Source: the human T2T-CHM13v2.0 reference genome, Homo sapiens. Taken from it: DNA of 64,000 nucleotides. The translations under genes were made by a program, and so were the position numbers. The stretch is from assembly GCF_009914755.1 (NCBI RefSeq), contig NC_060938.1; one strand, given 5' to 3'. The notes beneath the pieces are model-generated. The model worked only from the letters and a program-made list of their open reading frames with translations, did not search any database and was not told the DNA's origin. This document shows positions 1-15,750 of the stretch, in pieces (position 1 is the first letter of the stretch; each line of letters starts with the position of its first letter).

Positions 1-1149
1 AGACTCCATGATTAAATTCATTATATAGTTAGATCTTAAACGTTAAAACCATGAGATGCAATAATTAGCTTTATGCCACTGTTGACTAAATCAATTTGCT
101 AAAGGAGGAAATGTGAAAAGGGGGATATTAAATGTTGGACATAAACTGATGCAGAAAGGAAGTAAGTAGATAATTCTCCTAAAAAGTAAACATCTATCAT
201 GGCAAAGTCATAAGGAAGATAGACAGGTTAGCATCCAGAATCTCTATCCATAAAGACATGAAAAAGACCACTTTTATGTTTTTCTCAGAGCCAAAATGAC
301 CCTTGTATATAGCTTGAGATTTTTTAAGACTGCTTCTACTACCCTTCCCCTCTAGTAGTCTGGAGCAAGTTTTTTTTTCATAGAAGTACGCAGAGCATCT
401 TAAAGTATACTCACCAACCTTTCAATGGAGGAAGGGCACCTTTCTTAAAGGAAACAGTATACCACCTCCTCCTACTCTCTATCCCTATGTATCTAGGATT
501 TTATGCTCTCTTAAAGTCATCATTCTAATCTAGAGATAAGAGGATTTAAATCACCACAGAACCATGAAAAGAATGATGTGTTTAAAAATTGCTTGCTAGA
601 GAAACATTCTAGTAATTATAATCTTCTCAGATCAACTAAATCAGAATCTCTGGAAGAAGGGACTGAAAATCTCTAGTAGTATTATTAAGAATCTATACAA
701 CATCAGAGATCAAAACTGAAAAAAAAAAAAACAGGCAGGTATTTAGAAAAAAAGTCCTATTGATCACCCAAGAGTGAACAAACTTGATAATAGGAATTGG
801 GAACAAAATGTAAAATTGTATAGTATGTCCCCTGAGTCAATCAAAATCACAAAATGTGACTACAGTGCTTCAGCCCCCCCCTTTTACTTCTCTCCTTCAC
901 CAGCTCAGATTTCATGTTCTATTATTTTAAAAAAGCTTTTGCCAATAGTCTCTCCTGTCTCAGTCCCTCTGTCTCTTCGTCATTCCCATCTGACAAAACT
1001 CACCCTGAATGATTCTACTGTCCACTTTCTCTAAATTAACACCAAAGTTGCTAATCACTGATAAAAACTGTTCTGTAAGTAAGCAGTGTTAAATTTCTTG
1101 TAAGAAAATCCAAATAGACTGACATAAAGACCCAATAATCACTGGATCA

Positions 1150-1760
1150 TACAACTATCCTTGCCACTTCCTCTGCCCTACCTCCCATATTCAGTGCATC
1201 AGCAACAATGCATTTACTTCCTCATATCTCACAAAATCACACTTTTTAGCTTTTCTGTCAACACCACTCTAGGCCAAGCTACCATCATCTCTCATAAGCA
1301 ACTACGTACTGTCTATCTACGTTCATTCTTGCTCACCCAATCCATTCCCCACACTGGAGTCAGTGAGCCACTTGAAATGCAAAAAAAAAAAAAAAAAAAA
1401 AAAACCAAAAACAAAAAAACAAAACTCTCTCACACAGACACCAACATGCAAACCACCAACACCAAAACACCAACAACACAACTTACTTTTATTGGCTTCT
1501 CATTATTTTTAAGATTAAGAGGAGGTTCCATTTACAAGGACTTGTATATTTTGGTCCTTACCCATTTCTCTGCATGAAAATTTGCTTCCACAATAGGACA
1601 TTTACATATATGTCTTCTTTTTGTTGGAAGTATTATCTCTCCTCTTTGCTTAGTCAACTCCTATTCATTCATCATAAATCAATAGAATAGATTTTATCCT
1701 GATTGCAGTTTTGCATTCTGTTTTTGTGGTTGTTTGATTTAAATCTATTCCATTCCCAAG
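1150..1760 (+). mobile_element. L2 LINE 3' remnant, interrupted by an A-rich tract (1381-1424)
   Basis: Resembles L2 consensus, e.g. 'caagctaccatcatctctc' and 'tccattccccacac'; highly diverged. Confidence 0.65.
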
Positions 1761-1996
1761 ACTACATTATATCATTAAATAATAATATAAATATAAAAAT
1801 GAAAAAAATTATTTAATCAAGTGTCTTTGCATTTAAGTGTCTATAATATAAAAATGGGGGTTATATTGCTAACCAAGAAAACAATGCAGAAATTATTTTT
1901 AAACAGTTATTTTTAATATATATAATTTGGACAGGAAGATAAAGTAAAAACTAAGCAATTGTTTGGGAAATAAAACTTATTGAAAATGATGAGATC

Positions 1997-1999
<3 letters not shown>

Positions 2000-2033
<34 letters not shown>
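2000..2033. repeat. (TA)n microsatellite, ~17 units
   Basis: Read directly. Confidence 0.97.
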
Positions 2034-2037
<4 letters not shown>

Positions 2038-2129
2038 CATTAAAGTTTATATCTATAATGTAATATAATTTTCTCGTCAATCAAATTGACCAAGAAGGAG
2101 CCAAAAACAAACAAGAAAATTCACAACAA

Positions 2130-2780
2130 ATAAATGGGCAAACTACACAATGAGGCAAAACAGAAGTGTACACTCAAGTGGCCAAAAACATAGGGAAAAA
2201 CAAGATGCTTTAGCATCCCATTAATCAGGGAAACACAAATTAAGTAACTATAAGAAACATTTGCACACGTCAGCCTGACTAAAATGTTAAAGTGTGATAG
2301 TATCTATTGTTGTTGGAATGTGGGGAGAGTATTCCCTCATACATTACTGAAGAAAACATAAATTTTTATTGCACTATCAAAAGTAATCTAAAAACACCTA
2401 TTAAAATAAAAAAAATCCAAAGATCCTTTGACCAAGTAAGCTCATTCTTGAGAATCTATTCCATACTAATAAATCACTATCAGTAGGGGAAATATATACA
2501 ATAATGCAGCTTTTTCATACTGGGAGAAACAGCTGCTGTAAAGTGAATACTAAGCAATTTGGAGTACAGAACAAATTACTTTGCTTCCACAAAATGGGCT
2601 ATTATGCAGCCATTGAAGGAATGATTTATAGCTAAATTATTTAGAGAACTTTCTGTGATATACTGTTGAGAAAGAAAACATGATGCAGTAACTAACATAT
2701 CATACTTTTGTAAATAACTGACACAAATCGCTACATATATGTAAATGCATAGCAGAAAATAATTAAAAACATGTAACATG
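2130..2780 (+). mobile_element. Ancient L1M (L1ME-like) ORF2 end/3' UTR remnant
   Basis: Degenerate L1 motifs 'ttaatcagggaaacacaaattaa' and 'atcctttgaccaagtaagctcattcttgagaatctat'. Confidence 0.65.
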
Positions 2781-2791
2781 TTTTTAACATG

Positions 2792-3743
2792 TGATAGTGA
2801 CAGGAGACAGACAAATTCCTAGGCAGACAGGGACAGGTGACGGTAAAACCCGACTTTCAAGCCAAAGACAGCCTGGAGCCTGAAAACTGAGCTGCCAGTT
2901 CTGGATAGAGTTCACGACCAGAGTGAAAACTTCCTTGATGGCTGTTAGCCAATCAAATGGTGCTTTTACTAGGCCCACCCTTGGACTAATCAGCATGCAG
3001 TCCCCCATTCTGAGCTCACAAAAACTTCAGACTCGGTCACAGAGGCAACTACCTGCTTTCAGGCTCCCTGTCACACAGAGGGCTACCCTCCCAGGTCCTT
3101 TCTCATTGTTGAGAGCTTTTCTGTTGCTCAATAACATTTTTCTCTGCCTTCTTCATACTCCAGTGTCTGAGTACTTCATTCTTCTTGGTTGTGGGACAAG
3201 AACCCAGACCTGAGGGAACAGCGGGTGTGAAAAGAGCTTTAACACTGTAACCCTCCCTCCTGCTCACCAAGCAGTGGGGGAGAAAAAAAAACCAGTGGGC
3301 ACCACAAGCCCTCATTCACTGACCTGTGGGTAGCAGGACCAAACAATCTGTGACACAACCCTGTTCATGGAAGCTGCGGGAACAAACAAGATCTGTAACA
3401 CTTGCTGGGAGCTCAGGCCTCAGGACTCTTCTAGCAAAGGCTGTGACAGCCCTTGGGCTCTGCAGTTGGTGGCGTCTCTAAATTTTTGGGCATCGCTACG
3501 CACCCCCTCATCCAGACACTGGTGCCCAAGGTGGAAGCCATCTGTGGCACGCCTGGAACAGCTGTGGGCTGAGCACAGAGCTATGGAGGGTGCAGAATGT
3601 GGGCTGGTTGAGCGAGTCAAACACAGTCTCCCAGGCGGAGTGGGCAAAGAGAGCCCAGAGGGCCTGAACAAAACCTGGGCAGAGGTGCCACCAGCTGCAG
3701 AGATTTCTGGCTGGTGAAGTAACACCAAAAGAATCCTGTGTCA
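2792..3743 (+). mobile_element. ERV1-class solo LTR (LTR27/LTR28/MER52-like group)
   Basis: TG...CA termini, start 'tgatagtgacaggagacagacaaattcctaggcagac', end 'gaatcctgtgtca', CCAAT box near 2949, 4-bp TSD catg/cata. Confidence 0.8.
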
Positions 3744-3840
3744 CATAGGTTTCTAGAATTGGAGTGTGGATGGAGGATGTGGTAAGACCAAGTTATAAAG
3801 CAAATTAAAATATAAAATTTCATTAAAAAATAAGTAAATA

Positions 3841-3930
3841 GGCCAAGTGCATCATTTATGCCTGTAATCTCAGCACTCTGGGAGTTTGAGGCAGAAGGAT
3901 CACTTGAGCCTAGGAGTAGTGAGGCTCCAA
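3841..3930 (+). mobile_element. Alu monomer fragment (FLAM-like)
   Basis: 'tgcctgtaatctcagcactctgggag...ggatcacttgagcctaggagt'. Confidence 0.75.
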
Positions 3931-4399
3931 TCCTATTATTTAAAATATAAATTAATTAATTAATTAAAAGTAAATAAATACATCTTTAGAAAAAGTTTAT
4001 ATGACTTTATCACATTCAGATATTTTGAATATGTTTATTACATATGTTGTTAAAAACTAATAATATCAAACAAAAAAGAAATAATGTTTGAATACATCAT
4101 CTTTATTTTCTTTTTAAGTTGTACTTTACCTTTGAGTGCAGAGGCCACAGCATTCATGGTCTGCCTCCCAACCTGGAAAAAAAGAAGCTATGCTTTAGTC
4201 ATTTGCCTACTGAAATGCCCTAAATGGTCCTTTGTGAATGATTATCTCTTCTTGAATATATTTTTAATCAACTTCACTTAATAATATGTATCTAATGCCC
4301 GCCGAGTAGGCATAGCTTTAGGACCTGAGGATAAAGAAATAAATAAAATAAGTAGAGATCCATTAGAATAAAATAAATACAAACAAAAACTGAATAAAG

Positions 4400-5050
4400 A
4401 GGCAGTAGATAATCCAAAATAAGTAAAATAAAAACCAAATGAAAAAAAAATAAAATTGCCCAAATGATTTTTAGAAAAGATAGATATAGAAAACATTTCT
4501 GAATAAGTTGGTATTACTGAAAAGACACAATAAATAAAAGAAAACATATTGCTAAACAAAAGAGAAGAAAACTTTCCTGAAACAAAACCTAAGTCTACCA
4601 ATAGAAAAAAATACCATGTTATTGGAAAAATTAGCACAAAATAATTAATTAATACCAAGCTCTAACTTATGTGATGTTATGTGATGTTCCAGAAACATAT
4701 AAGCATCCAAGTAATAACATAAACTTACTTATAAAGAGGACAGGGAGAGAAAAATTTTATTGTCCTATGACTTTTCCAGAGACAGCTTTAATACTAAAAG
4801 ATAGGTATCAATGTCTACAAGTTCTGATGATGAGGATACAACCCACAAATGTAATGTGCAGCCAAGTAATGTTGCAGTTATAAAACCAGCGGAAAGATAA
4901 CTTTAAACACACAAGAACTGCAGGAATATGTCCCTTCATAAAACAAAACAAAAATAAACAATCAAATAATAACCAAAACCACTTACTGAAATCTGGTCAA
5001 ACAATAAAGATTCAATATAAGGAACGCAAGAATAGAGAAACTATGCCTAA
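4400..5050 (+). mobile_element. Highly degraded L1 ORF1-like (L1M/HAL1) remnant
   Basis: A-rich, with 'gaaaactttcctgaa' and other weak ORF1-like motifs. Confidence 0.4.
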
Positions 5051-6489
5051 ATGATTGGAGACAAAAATTAAATCAGGTTAAGAATTGATTTGTATCTAGA
5101 TAAAATGAAATCAACTGTGATAATTATAGTTTCACAACCAAAGGCAAGCAGTAAAGAAGTTCTTAAAAGAAACTGCAGATTAAAATGGCTAAAATTTAAC
5201 AATCTGACAATTCTAAATGCTGGAAAGCATGCAAAGCAGCACGATTTATGATTCATTTTGGGAGACGGTGCAAAATGGTACAGTCGCTTTAAGATATGGT
5301 TTGGCAGTTGCTTACAAAGCTAGATATAGTCTTATATGATCCATCAATCACACTCCTAGTTATTTTCCTGAATTGAAATTTCTGTCCACAAAAAAAAATC
5401 TACACAAGAATAGTTATAGCAATTTTATTTATAATTGCCAACACTGGAAACAACTGAGACATTCTTCAATAGGGGAATGTATAATCAAATACTATTTAGT
5501 GAAATAAATAAATGAACTATCAAGGTACAAATATACATGGAGAAATCTTAAATGCATATTGCTAAGTGAAAAAAAGCCAGTGTGGAAAGGATACATACTT
5601 TATGATTCCAATTATATGACACTCTGGAAAAGGCAAAATTATAGAGACAGTAAAAAGAGAAGTGGTTTTGGGAGTTTAGGGAAGAGGGGAGGGATGAAGA
5701 GGTGAAATATGGGGCATTTTAGGGCAGTGAAACATTTATGTAAGATACCATAAAAGTAGATATATGACATTATTTTTGGTCAAAACCTATAGAATTTTAC
5801 AACACAAAGAGTGAACCTTAATGTATGCAAAGTGAAAAATAAATAATTTAGAAAGTCAGGGCCTCAAAAGAAGGACCAAGTTACGAGAATCTAACTGTAT
5901 TACAAGTGTATAAAAAACTCACTGAAGACAGTGAGGAAAAAGGGCTGACCTAATTAACTTGGTATATGAATGCAGTCTGTAAGACTGAAGGACAAAGAAA
6001 CTGTCTGTAAGTCCTACACTTCAATCAACAAAATTTGTGTTTCACATGGGTATCATTTAATAATTCTGATATTGCTATAGGTCTATGCTAGAATTGAATA
6101 ATTAAGTAAATGCATGGCAGATGGTAGGAGCCAAACTTCTCACTCTTGGAATTTACAAGTAAGCAAGGGGGAGAAAACTAGAATGACTTGTGTGGTAATG
6201 GATTAAAATTGAAGAAGAATATGAACAAGAACTCATGTTTAACTTAATATAGATAGATGGTTACATAAAGAAATAGTTACAGGTGTGTCTATATACATGG
6301 GTTACTACACACACATATATTTATTTGCTCTGTTACCGGAGAGGCCCTAAAAGAAACATCTGAGTAGCAAAAAGCAAACCTAGAATCCAGATCATGGGTT
6401 TAGTACCATTCTTCAATTAAAAACATTCAGGAGGGTTTGGAGAAATAACTGATTCTAACACTGGACAGATATTATAACAACATAAGCCT

Positions 6490-7770
<1,281 letters not shown>

Positions 7771-9130
7771 CTAGACATGAAACATCTTGCAGTGCCAGCA
7801 GTTAAGTAGGCATAAAAAAATTCACACGCATGTTAGTGAGAGTATGTCAAAAGGGCACAGGAGCCAACCAGGAACTCCCAACAGCCTAAACTGGAATGAT
7901 TTCAGCAACAAAATAATGTAAGTAGTATTGGATTAAAATCTGAAATACAAAATAAATATCGAGTCTATATTGATGTAAATAAATGATTGAATAAACTAAT
8001 AAATGGAGAAGAGACAAATCTCCCATGCAGAGGAATTCCAAATAAATTTTATAGAGATTCCACCCTACGGACAGCGGGGAGCATAATTTCCTGCTTCTTA
8101 AAAATTACACTGCATGAAGTTACTTTCTTCCAAAGAGTAGAATACAGGAGTAACTTTACAGTTAAGAAGGCTAACAACCTGTACTTCAACTGGGTGACCA
8201 AGGCCGACATCAACAATCAGAAATCAAGTTGGTAGTATGATTGTATTTCATACAATCTGATGAAGATGGCGCTTTATCTCTGGGATTTTCCTCCTGAAAA
8301 CCCATAACCCCAATCTAGTTATAAAAAAAAATTTTAGTAGAACGACATCCTGCAATACACGTGACCAGTACTCTTTATAATTGTAAAGGAAGTTCATTAA
8401 AAACAAGAAAACAGGAATATCTGAGAAACTCTCAGTCAATAAGAGCCCAAGGAGGCACGATAAATAAATGTAGTATGGAATCCTGGATGGAACGAGGGAA
8501 CAGAAAAAGAACATTAAAACTAAAAATCAGAGTCAGTTGTAGATTTTAGTTAATGACGTATCAATATTGGTTTATGATTATAACATATGTACCATACTAA
8601 TCATATTCATGTAAGATGTTGATCATTGGAAAACAGTATGTGGCTGGGGGTAGTTAATGTGGGAGCTCTTTACTATCCACTCAATTTTTCTGTGTTACAA
8701 ACTCATTATAAAAATAGTCTATTAATAAAAATGAAAGGTAAATATCTCAAGGCAAATGATCACAGGTTGGAAGAATAGTTTGCTGTAGAATTCTGTGGAA
8801 TACTGAGGGCTCTTGGGCTCAAAGAACTATAATTTGGCATTGTCAGAGAATGAGGGTTTCCTGATAGTTGCATAATTATTGTAATGTATCACCTATACAT
8901 GAATTATTCATTTTTTATCAAAGTCTCTATATTTAATTAAAAATTCAATGAATTTTAAAATACCAATGATTAGCATAACTGCCACCTTTAAGTATAGTTT
9001 CTGTTACTCACAGCTGGACTCCACACATACAAAGTACTGGACCCTTCCTTTGAATCCACCACTGTTACCCCTGGAAGTTGGATGTTTCTGCTGGCATTCT
9101 TCCCATCATGGACTCTGTGCAGAAGTTGCC

Positions 9131-9522
9131 TCCTATGGTTTGAATGTGTTCCCCATAGTTCATGTGTTGGGAACTTAATGACTAATGCAACAGTGGTGAG
9201 AGGTAGGTCCTCCCTTTAAGAGGTGATGCGGTAATGAGGGCTCTGCCCCCATGAATCGATTAATGTTGTTATCATGGACATGGGTACATTATCTCAAGAG
9301 TGGATTTGTTATAAAAGTGAGATAAGCCCTTTCTTGCTCCCTCTTGCTCTTGTGCTCTGTTGCCCTTCCACCTCTCACCATGGAATGAAGCAGAAAGAAG
9401 GTCCCAGCATCAGGCTCTTGAACTTCCTAGCCTCCAGAACTGTGAGTCAAATAAACTTCTATTGTTCACAAACTACTAAGTTTCAGGTATTCTGTTACAG
9501 CAACACAAAACAGACTAAGACA
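9131..9522 (+). mobile_element. MaLR solo LTR (MSTD-like)
   Basis: 'ctatggtttgaatgtg' ... 'cagactaagaca'; 5-bp TSD ttgcc/ctgcc. Confidence 0.88.
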
Positions 9523-10511
9523 CTGCCTATTTGAGTCATCACCTTCTGTATTAAGTATTTTCCAATTAGTGGAACCTAGGTCATATAACTGTGCTCTAGC
9601 TATAGAGGAAACTAAGACTTTTTTTCTGACTTCCACAAAAAGAAGCTGGGCCTCTAATAAAAAAGATGTTTTTTTAACACAAGTAGAACATTTAAAGATG
9701 CAGGAAGGTTATAGACTGACTATTAAGATGGTTACTAAGAAGAAAACTTCCTATTAAATAAGAGTAATAACTACTAGGTATCTTGAGTTTACCATTTGAA
9801 ATACATTTTTATACGAATTTTGGAAAGCCTGGAGCTGGTCATTTAAGATGATGCTTTTCTAATATATGCAGTGATAGGAGGCATATCACCTCTGCCAAGG
9901 AGGCATTCATAACATTTTGCATTCTCTGTAATGTGAATTGTCATGAGATGAATCATTATTATGGGATAAATTGATAATCATATTTTTTGCATCACCAAAC
10001 TTGTTTAGCTCACTACTTGGAAGCTGTTTCACAGTACAAAAAAATCCATTTTCTCAACCCTAGACACCTTGCACTGCTATAACCTAACAATTCACTGCAG
10101 CATAAATCTGCCCAAGTCTATAATGGAAAATAACTGGAAGAACAAGCATCAAAGTAAGAAAATCAAGAATGATATATTGTATATGACTCTATAGAGTATA
10201 TGAATAATAAGAACAAAGGTGATTTACATAAAAGGGAATACTCCCCTCATCTCCCTGCATCTTCCCTCCTCTCTCTCTCTTTAACACACACACACACACA
10301 CACAAACACACCAAGCTTGATAATTTTGAGGGTTTGGAAAGATTTTGGAAAACAGTATTGTTCAATATTGTATTGTCTTACAGTCTATTCTGCCAGCCAG
10401 TTCCTTGGAGTCACACCTGAGTACCAGAGAAAAGGGAATCCCCAGATTCCCTTGGGATCTGTAGGAAAGAGAAAGTGATTTCTATCTCGGCTTCTTCTGT
10501 TACTTCAATGT

Positions 10512-11186
10512 CTTTTTTTTATTTCAGCTTTTAGGTTTTGTCAGTGCATATGCAGATTTCTTACATGGGTATATTGTGTGATGCTGATGTTTAGGGTATG
10601 AATGAGCCCATCACCCAAGTACTGAGCATAGTACCCAATAGGGAATTTTTCAACCCTCACTACCCTCCTTCCCTCCCAGCTCTACTAGTCCACAGTGTTT
10701 ATTGTTCCCATGTTTATATGCATGTGTACTCAATTTTTAGCTCTCACTTATAAGTGAGAAAACGTGGTATCTGGTTTTCTGTTCTTGCGTTAATTTGCCT
10801 AGGATAATGGCCTACAACTGCATCCATATTGCTGCAAAGGACATACTTTCATACTTTATATTGCTGGGTAGTGTTCCATGGTGTGTATGTACCATTTTCT
10901 TTATACAATCCACCATCGATGGGCATCTAAGTTGATTCTATGTCTTTGCTATTGTGAATAGTGCTGTGGCGAACATTTGAGTGCATGTATCTTTTGGGTA
11001 GAACAATTTATTTTCCTTTGGGTATATACCCAATAATTAGATTTGAATGGTAATTCTGTTTCAAGGTCTTTGAGAAATCTCTAAACTGCTTTCCAGTGAC
11101 TGAACTAATTTACCTTCCCACTAACAGTGTATAAACATTCCCTTTTCTCTGCAACCTCAACAGCATCTGTTATTCTTTGACTTTTT
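10512..11186 (-). mobile_element. L1PA15/16-like 3' end
   Basis: Antisense L1 3' UTR 'gagcatagtacccaatagg', 'ctcacttataagtgagaa', with T-rich tail at left. Confidence 0.9.
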
Positions 11187-14100
11187 TCATTTCAACCAAG
11201 GTCGTGACCCCTATCTGATGTTGACCTAAATTATTCCCGTAAAAGAAAAAAAAAACTCAGAAAATTAATAAGTCCATCTCATCTCTTCTTTAGGACTTCG
11301 ATATTAGAACATCTCAAGGTTGTTTTCTTATTAGCAAAATTAAAACATAATCTTACTCTCATAGGGTAACCATGCAAATTAAATAAAATAATGCCTCTAA
11401 AGGGCATGGTCAAGAATTTGGTACTTCACATCCTGCTCCTTTCACCTGGAACCTGATTCACGCTGCTGGAATCATTAGTTTAGTTGTTTCGAATACTGTT
11501 TTCAATTTTGTTCTTGTCGTTCCTTTGTTTCCAACTTGCTTCCCTCCTTCCTTGAACATCCCTTTCCTTCATCAAAATGACATTTCTGTTTCTGTTTAAG
11601 TTTCTGTTTCTTTATGCTTAATCAGTGAGTAATTTTCTATTGAAGACTTAATTTTTTGGGTGTTTTGGGATGATTTTTAAATGCCATGAAGAGCTAAAAT
11701 CATTTTTACTATGATCCTTTTCACTTTAGTATGTCTATTATCTCACAAACTATGCTTAAAATATTTGCATTTGTACCCCTGAACTTAAAATATAAGTTTA
11801 AAAGGTACGTTAAGTGAAGATAATTTCTTCACAATATGAGACTAGAAGAGTTGCTGAGAGCCCATATTCTGATTCTTCTTATTTTAAGCTAAAATTGAAC
11901 TGTGTGCCAAGTCCTTTAATAAAAATTTTAGGAAGCTGTAATAACATTTTGATTCTCACAATAATGTAAGTATTTGTTATTGTCATCATCATCATCCATA
12001 TTGTTTTCCCAGTTGTGAAACTGAAATTTTTAGTGTAAGCAATGTGCCACAGAACACACAATAACTAATACAACTGGCTTTCAAACATGCACATATGTGA
12101 AAATAAAGCCCACCACACTATACAGTATCAAAGAAGAAGTCACAAAACTAGGTCTACAGCTGTCTGCTCTTGTCAGGAAAATTTTCACAAGAATGTAGAA
12201 CCAAAAAAAAGACAGTACTGAGAATTCTAGGATCAATTTAAAAATAATGCCTCCCATCTTACCAAGTGGCTGCTTTCACAACATATAGCTAATGATATGG
12301 CCATTACAGCAGCAGAGACAGAGCCAGCAGTAAATCTTTCCTTTTTACATTTGGTTCTGGTTTAGGAAGATTTACTTTTATATTAGCTATGAAGATTTCT
12401 ACCTTATCAGCCTCTATTCCCTTAATACCTTTCTCCCAAACCTTTTTTACAGCCTCTTTTAGTAATGACAGGTCCTAAGGGTCACAACTAGAAATGCTTT
12501 CTTTGTAACTCTAAATGTGTTTGATTTTGACAAATTACTTTTATTGTCTTTGCTCAGTTTTGGAATATCCTTAATTTCACTTTGGAAAGACTTCATGAAG
12601 TGAAATTAAAGTGGCTTTATTTTTTTCTTTTGGCTATAAATTTCTAATTTCCTTATTGGTTCTCTTGTCTACATCAATTCAAGTCCCCTTGCTTGCACAG
12701 TCTGAATTCATAGGTCATGTGAATCTGATCCAAGCCAAGAAATTTGAATAATACCTTAATGAGAGATTAATTCTGATTCCATAATTTGAGCTGGGTCAGA
12801 TTTTTTTTCCTCTACATAAGTGTCACTGTGACACTTCATTTAGAGACATATATTTGTTAAAAAAAAATCCTTCCAGGAAAAAAAAACACACACAAAAAAA
12901 CTTCCAAATAGAGAAGTTACAAGTTTCATACCTTTAAGTAGTTTGCTAAAGCATAAAGGGGGAATGAAGAGGTGAAAGCCAACCAGGAGAAACAAGAAGA
13001 GAGACCCCACTTTTTACTGCATATCAAAGTAGGTAGGCTATGTGTTAAAGACATGCCCTGTTGGTCTGATGTCTTGGAAAAATAATTGAACTATTCTTAT
13101 CAATGGGTCTATTGAGTACATACTTTGCTTTTACTGAAAGCAGTCAGGATAGAAGGGATAGAAAGCAGAGGAGAGCCTAGTCATGTTCAGAGTGAGCAGG
13201 GGTTTAGCACACCAATCATGGCCAGATATTCAGGGACTGGAGCTCCACAGTAAACATAAACTACTAATCCTTTTCTAACATGTAGCATGAAACCCTACAC
13301 TCACATACATTTTGACCCATACATGAGTAATAAATGCAAATGGATATATTAAATAATCAAATTGTTTCAAATCTATGGCCTATAATCCTTACATACCTTA
13401 GGAGGCAGTCTGGTAACTAAAGAATTACTTTCTCATTACAAAGTGATGTCTCCGTGGGAAATCATAGTCCAAAGGAAGGAGATTGTCTCAAGGACAACTT
13501 AGCAAGACCCCAAGCATTAATAAACATGTGGTTGATTGTTTGTTAGTATTTATTTTCTACTCTCTCTTATTAAAAATATAAAACATCCCTTGGTTGTCAA
13601 TATTTTTTGTTAAACATACAGAAGAGACTGAAACAACACAATATAATGTACCAGGAGGTTCTAAACAATGATGGAAGTGTGTATAATAATTTTACAATGA
13701 CCAGCATAAAAATAACACTGTAACCCGCCAATTTTTAAACATTAAAAACAAATAATAAATCTAGGCAAAAATTTGATGTGTATACTATTTAGATAATATT
13801 ATTCCTTCAGCTCCATTCAATGAAATACTCAATTTAAGAATAGGTTGTATTCATGGAATACAAATTTCAAATGTATGGGCTTTTCTGAATTTAAATGAAG
13901 ACACGCTACTCTTTTTTTCAAAGTTCTCAGTTATAAAAGTTAATATGAATGTCTAACTACCTAACCTGACACTTAAATCAGTGACTTAGTTAATATTTAT
14001 AAATCACTTGGAAGACCTACTTTGTTTAATGCTTTAATTTGTAATTGTATATTTGAGCCTGGTGGTCAATATTCAGTGGGAAAGCTTTCACTTCCTTAAT

Positions 14101-14589
14101 TCTAGGAATTATGAGGCAGAGAGAAAACAAAAATATATCATGTTTCAGGCAAAATTTTGTAGCAGATGATATTTACTGTCAGCAGTCATTGTAGAAAGAT
14201 GTTCGTGTTGCTCAGACTTTGCCTGGAATCAAACCACACATAGATGCCTCTGAAGACATTGTCCATTTTATCAAATATCTTTCTACAACACATCTGTGCC
14301 ATTCACACAATATTCTGATTGCCTAGGATTTTCTGCAAGCCATCCACTTTCTTTGTTTAGTAGACTCTGGTACATCTGTCATAATCCCACCCATTCATTA
14401 CCTTTTCTGTGAGTCTTTCTTGACAGCATTGAACACTCCCTTTTCTACACTGCCTCAATACTTTCCACATGAGTCTTGTAAGATACATCAATAGTACTTA
14501 CTGATTCAGTCTGTCTTAGTATAGCATCTGCTGTTAATAATTAACGTGATTGGGATGTTTTGAGGGTGAAATCTGTAACTGAAATAAGA

Positions 14590-14790
14590 ATGTAATGAGT
14601 TTGATATGAACCAAGACATGCTAAACATTTTATGATGATTACTTCATTTAATCCTTACAACAAACCCATGATATTAGTAATGACATAATTTGCTCCTTTC
14701 AGATGAGGAAACAAATTTATACAGTATAAGACAAGGCTTTCAGGTATATCTGATTGCAAAGTCAGTACCATTTTACAGTGGTGTGCTGAA
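14590..14790 (-). mobile_element. MIR SINE
   Basis: MIR core 'tcatttaatccttacaacaaaccc...cagatgaggaaac'. Confidence 0.7.
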
Positions 14791-15750
14791 TAACATTTAG
14801 CAACTGTCTTCTGCCATTTCTGAGAAGAAAACAAGAACAAGAAAAAACATCTTCATATTTGTAACTCTGCCTTCTCTGCAGTACTTGTACTATGTCTGGA
14901 ATCAGGTAGATACTCAAAAATACTTTTGAAGAAATGAATACATTTATTTATATTTATAAATTACCAAAAATGTAGTTAATGTACAAACACCTTTGTAAAA
15001 TAATTTCCTATATTTTGATATTTCTTAAGCCCTGAAAAGAAATTTCTGAGAGTTAATAATTTGGTGGTGTAAACAAATAGCATTTTAAAAATAAACAGAG
15101 TAAGACACATTTTAAGCAATAATTATTTAAAAATATTGAAAACATTTTCCTTCAGATTTTGTGCACTCAGGCAAAATTAACTGAAGGTTTTCATAATTTA
15201 TCAGATAATTCAATAAATGTTAACTAACAATATTCTTATATTAGTTAAAACATCCCTGTTGTCCTTCATATTTCTTTATACTTATGGAAATTTTGCCAAT
15301 ATATACAAATACAGTAAATCCATTGAACCTTCATACTACTTTCATCATCATAATTAAAGCATTTTCTATAATATCGAAATTATTTAGGTAAATCTAAATG
15401 CCTACAAAAAGTGGATCATACCGATCAAGCTCCCACTCTTAGGAAATAAGAACCTTTTAATATCATTGTAATTTCTATATTTATAAGAAAAGTAATCTGA
15501 AAGTTAAATACAATTCTATTTAAATTTGTAAAATTTTTAACAAAAAATGCTTTTCCATTAAGGGATTTCAACATTTACTTTATCGAAAACTAAGCCAAAA
15601 AATAATTTTCTCTTAAACTGAAAATATGAACATGTTTTTCTGCTTCTTCACTCTTCAATATAAAATCCATTCTAGTGTGTCAGTATGAATAACTGTGTAT
15701 TTCCTTTTATAGTTCATTTAGAAAAGTTGGGTGATGAGCATTGAAAAAAA

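Noticed and set aside
1161-1577. 138-aa ORF with a poly-Lys run
   Set aside because: L2 remnant plus an A-rich tract; non-ATG start
3367-3744. Overlapping ORFs of 78-116 aa
   Set aside because: All lie inside a GC-rich solo LTR, where stop codons are rarer; no recognisable protein
12818-12836. Perfect palindrome aagtgtcac-t-gtgacactt (ERE-like spacing)
   Set aside because: A 9-bp arm is roughly expected by chance in 64 kb, and the half-sites are TGTCA rather than GGTCA
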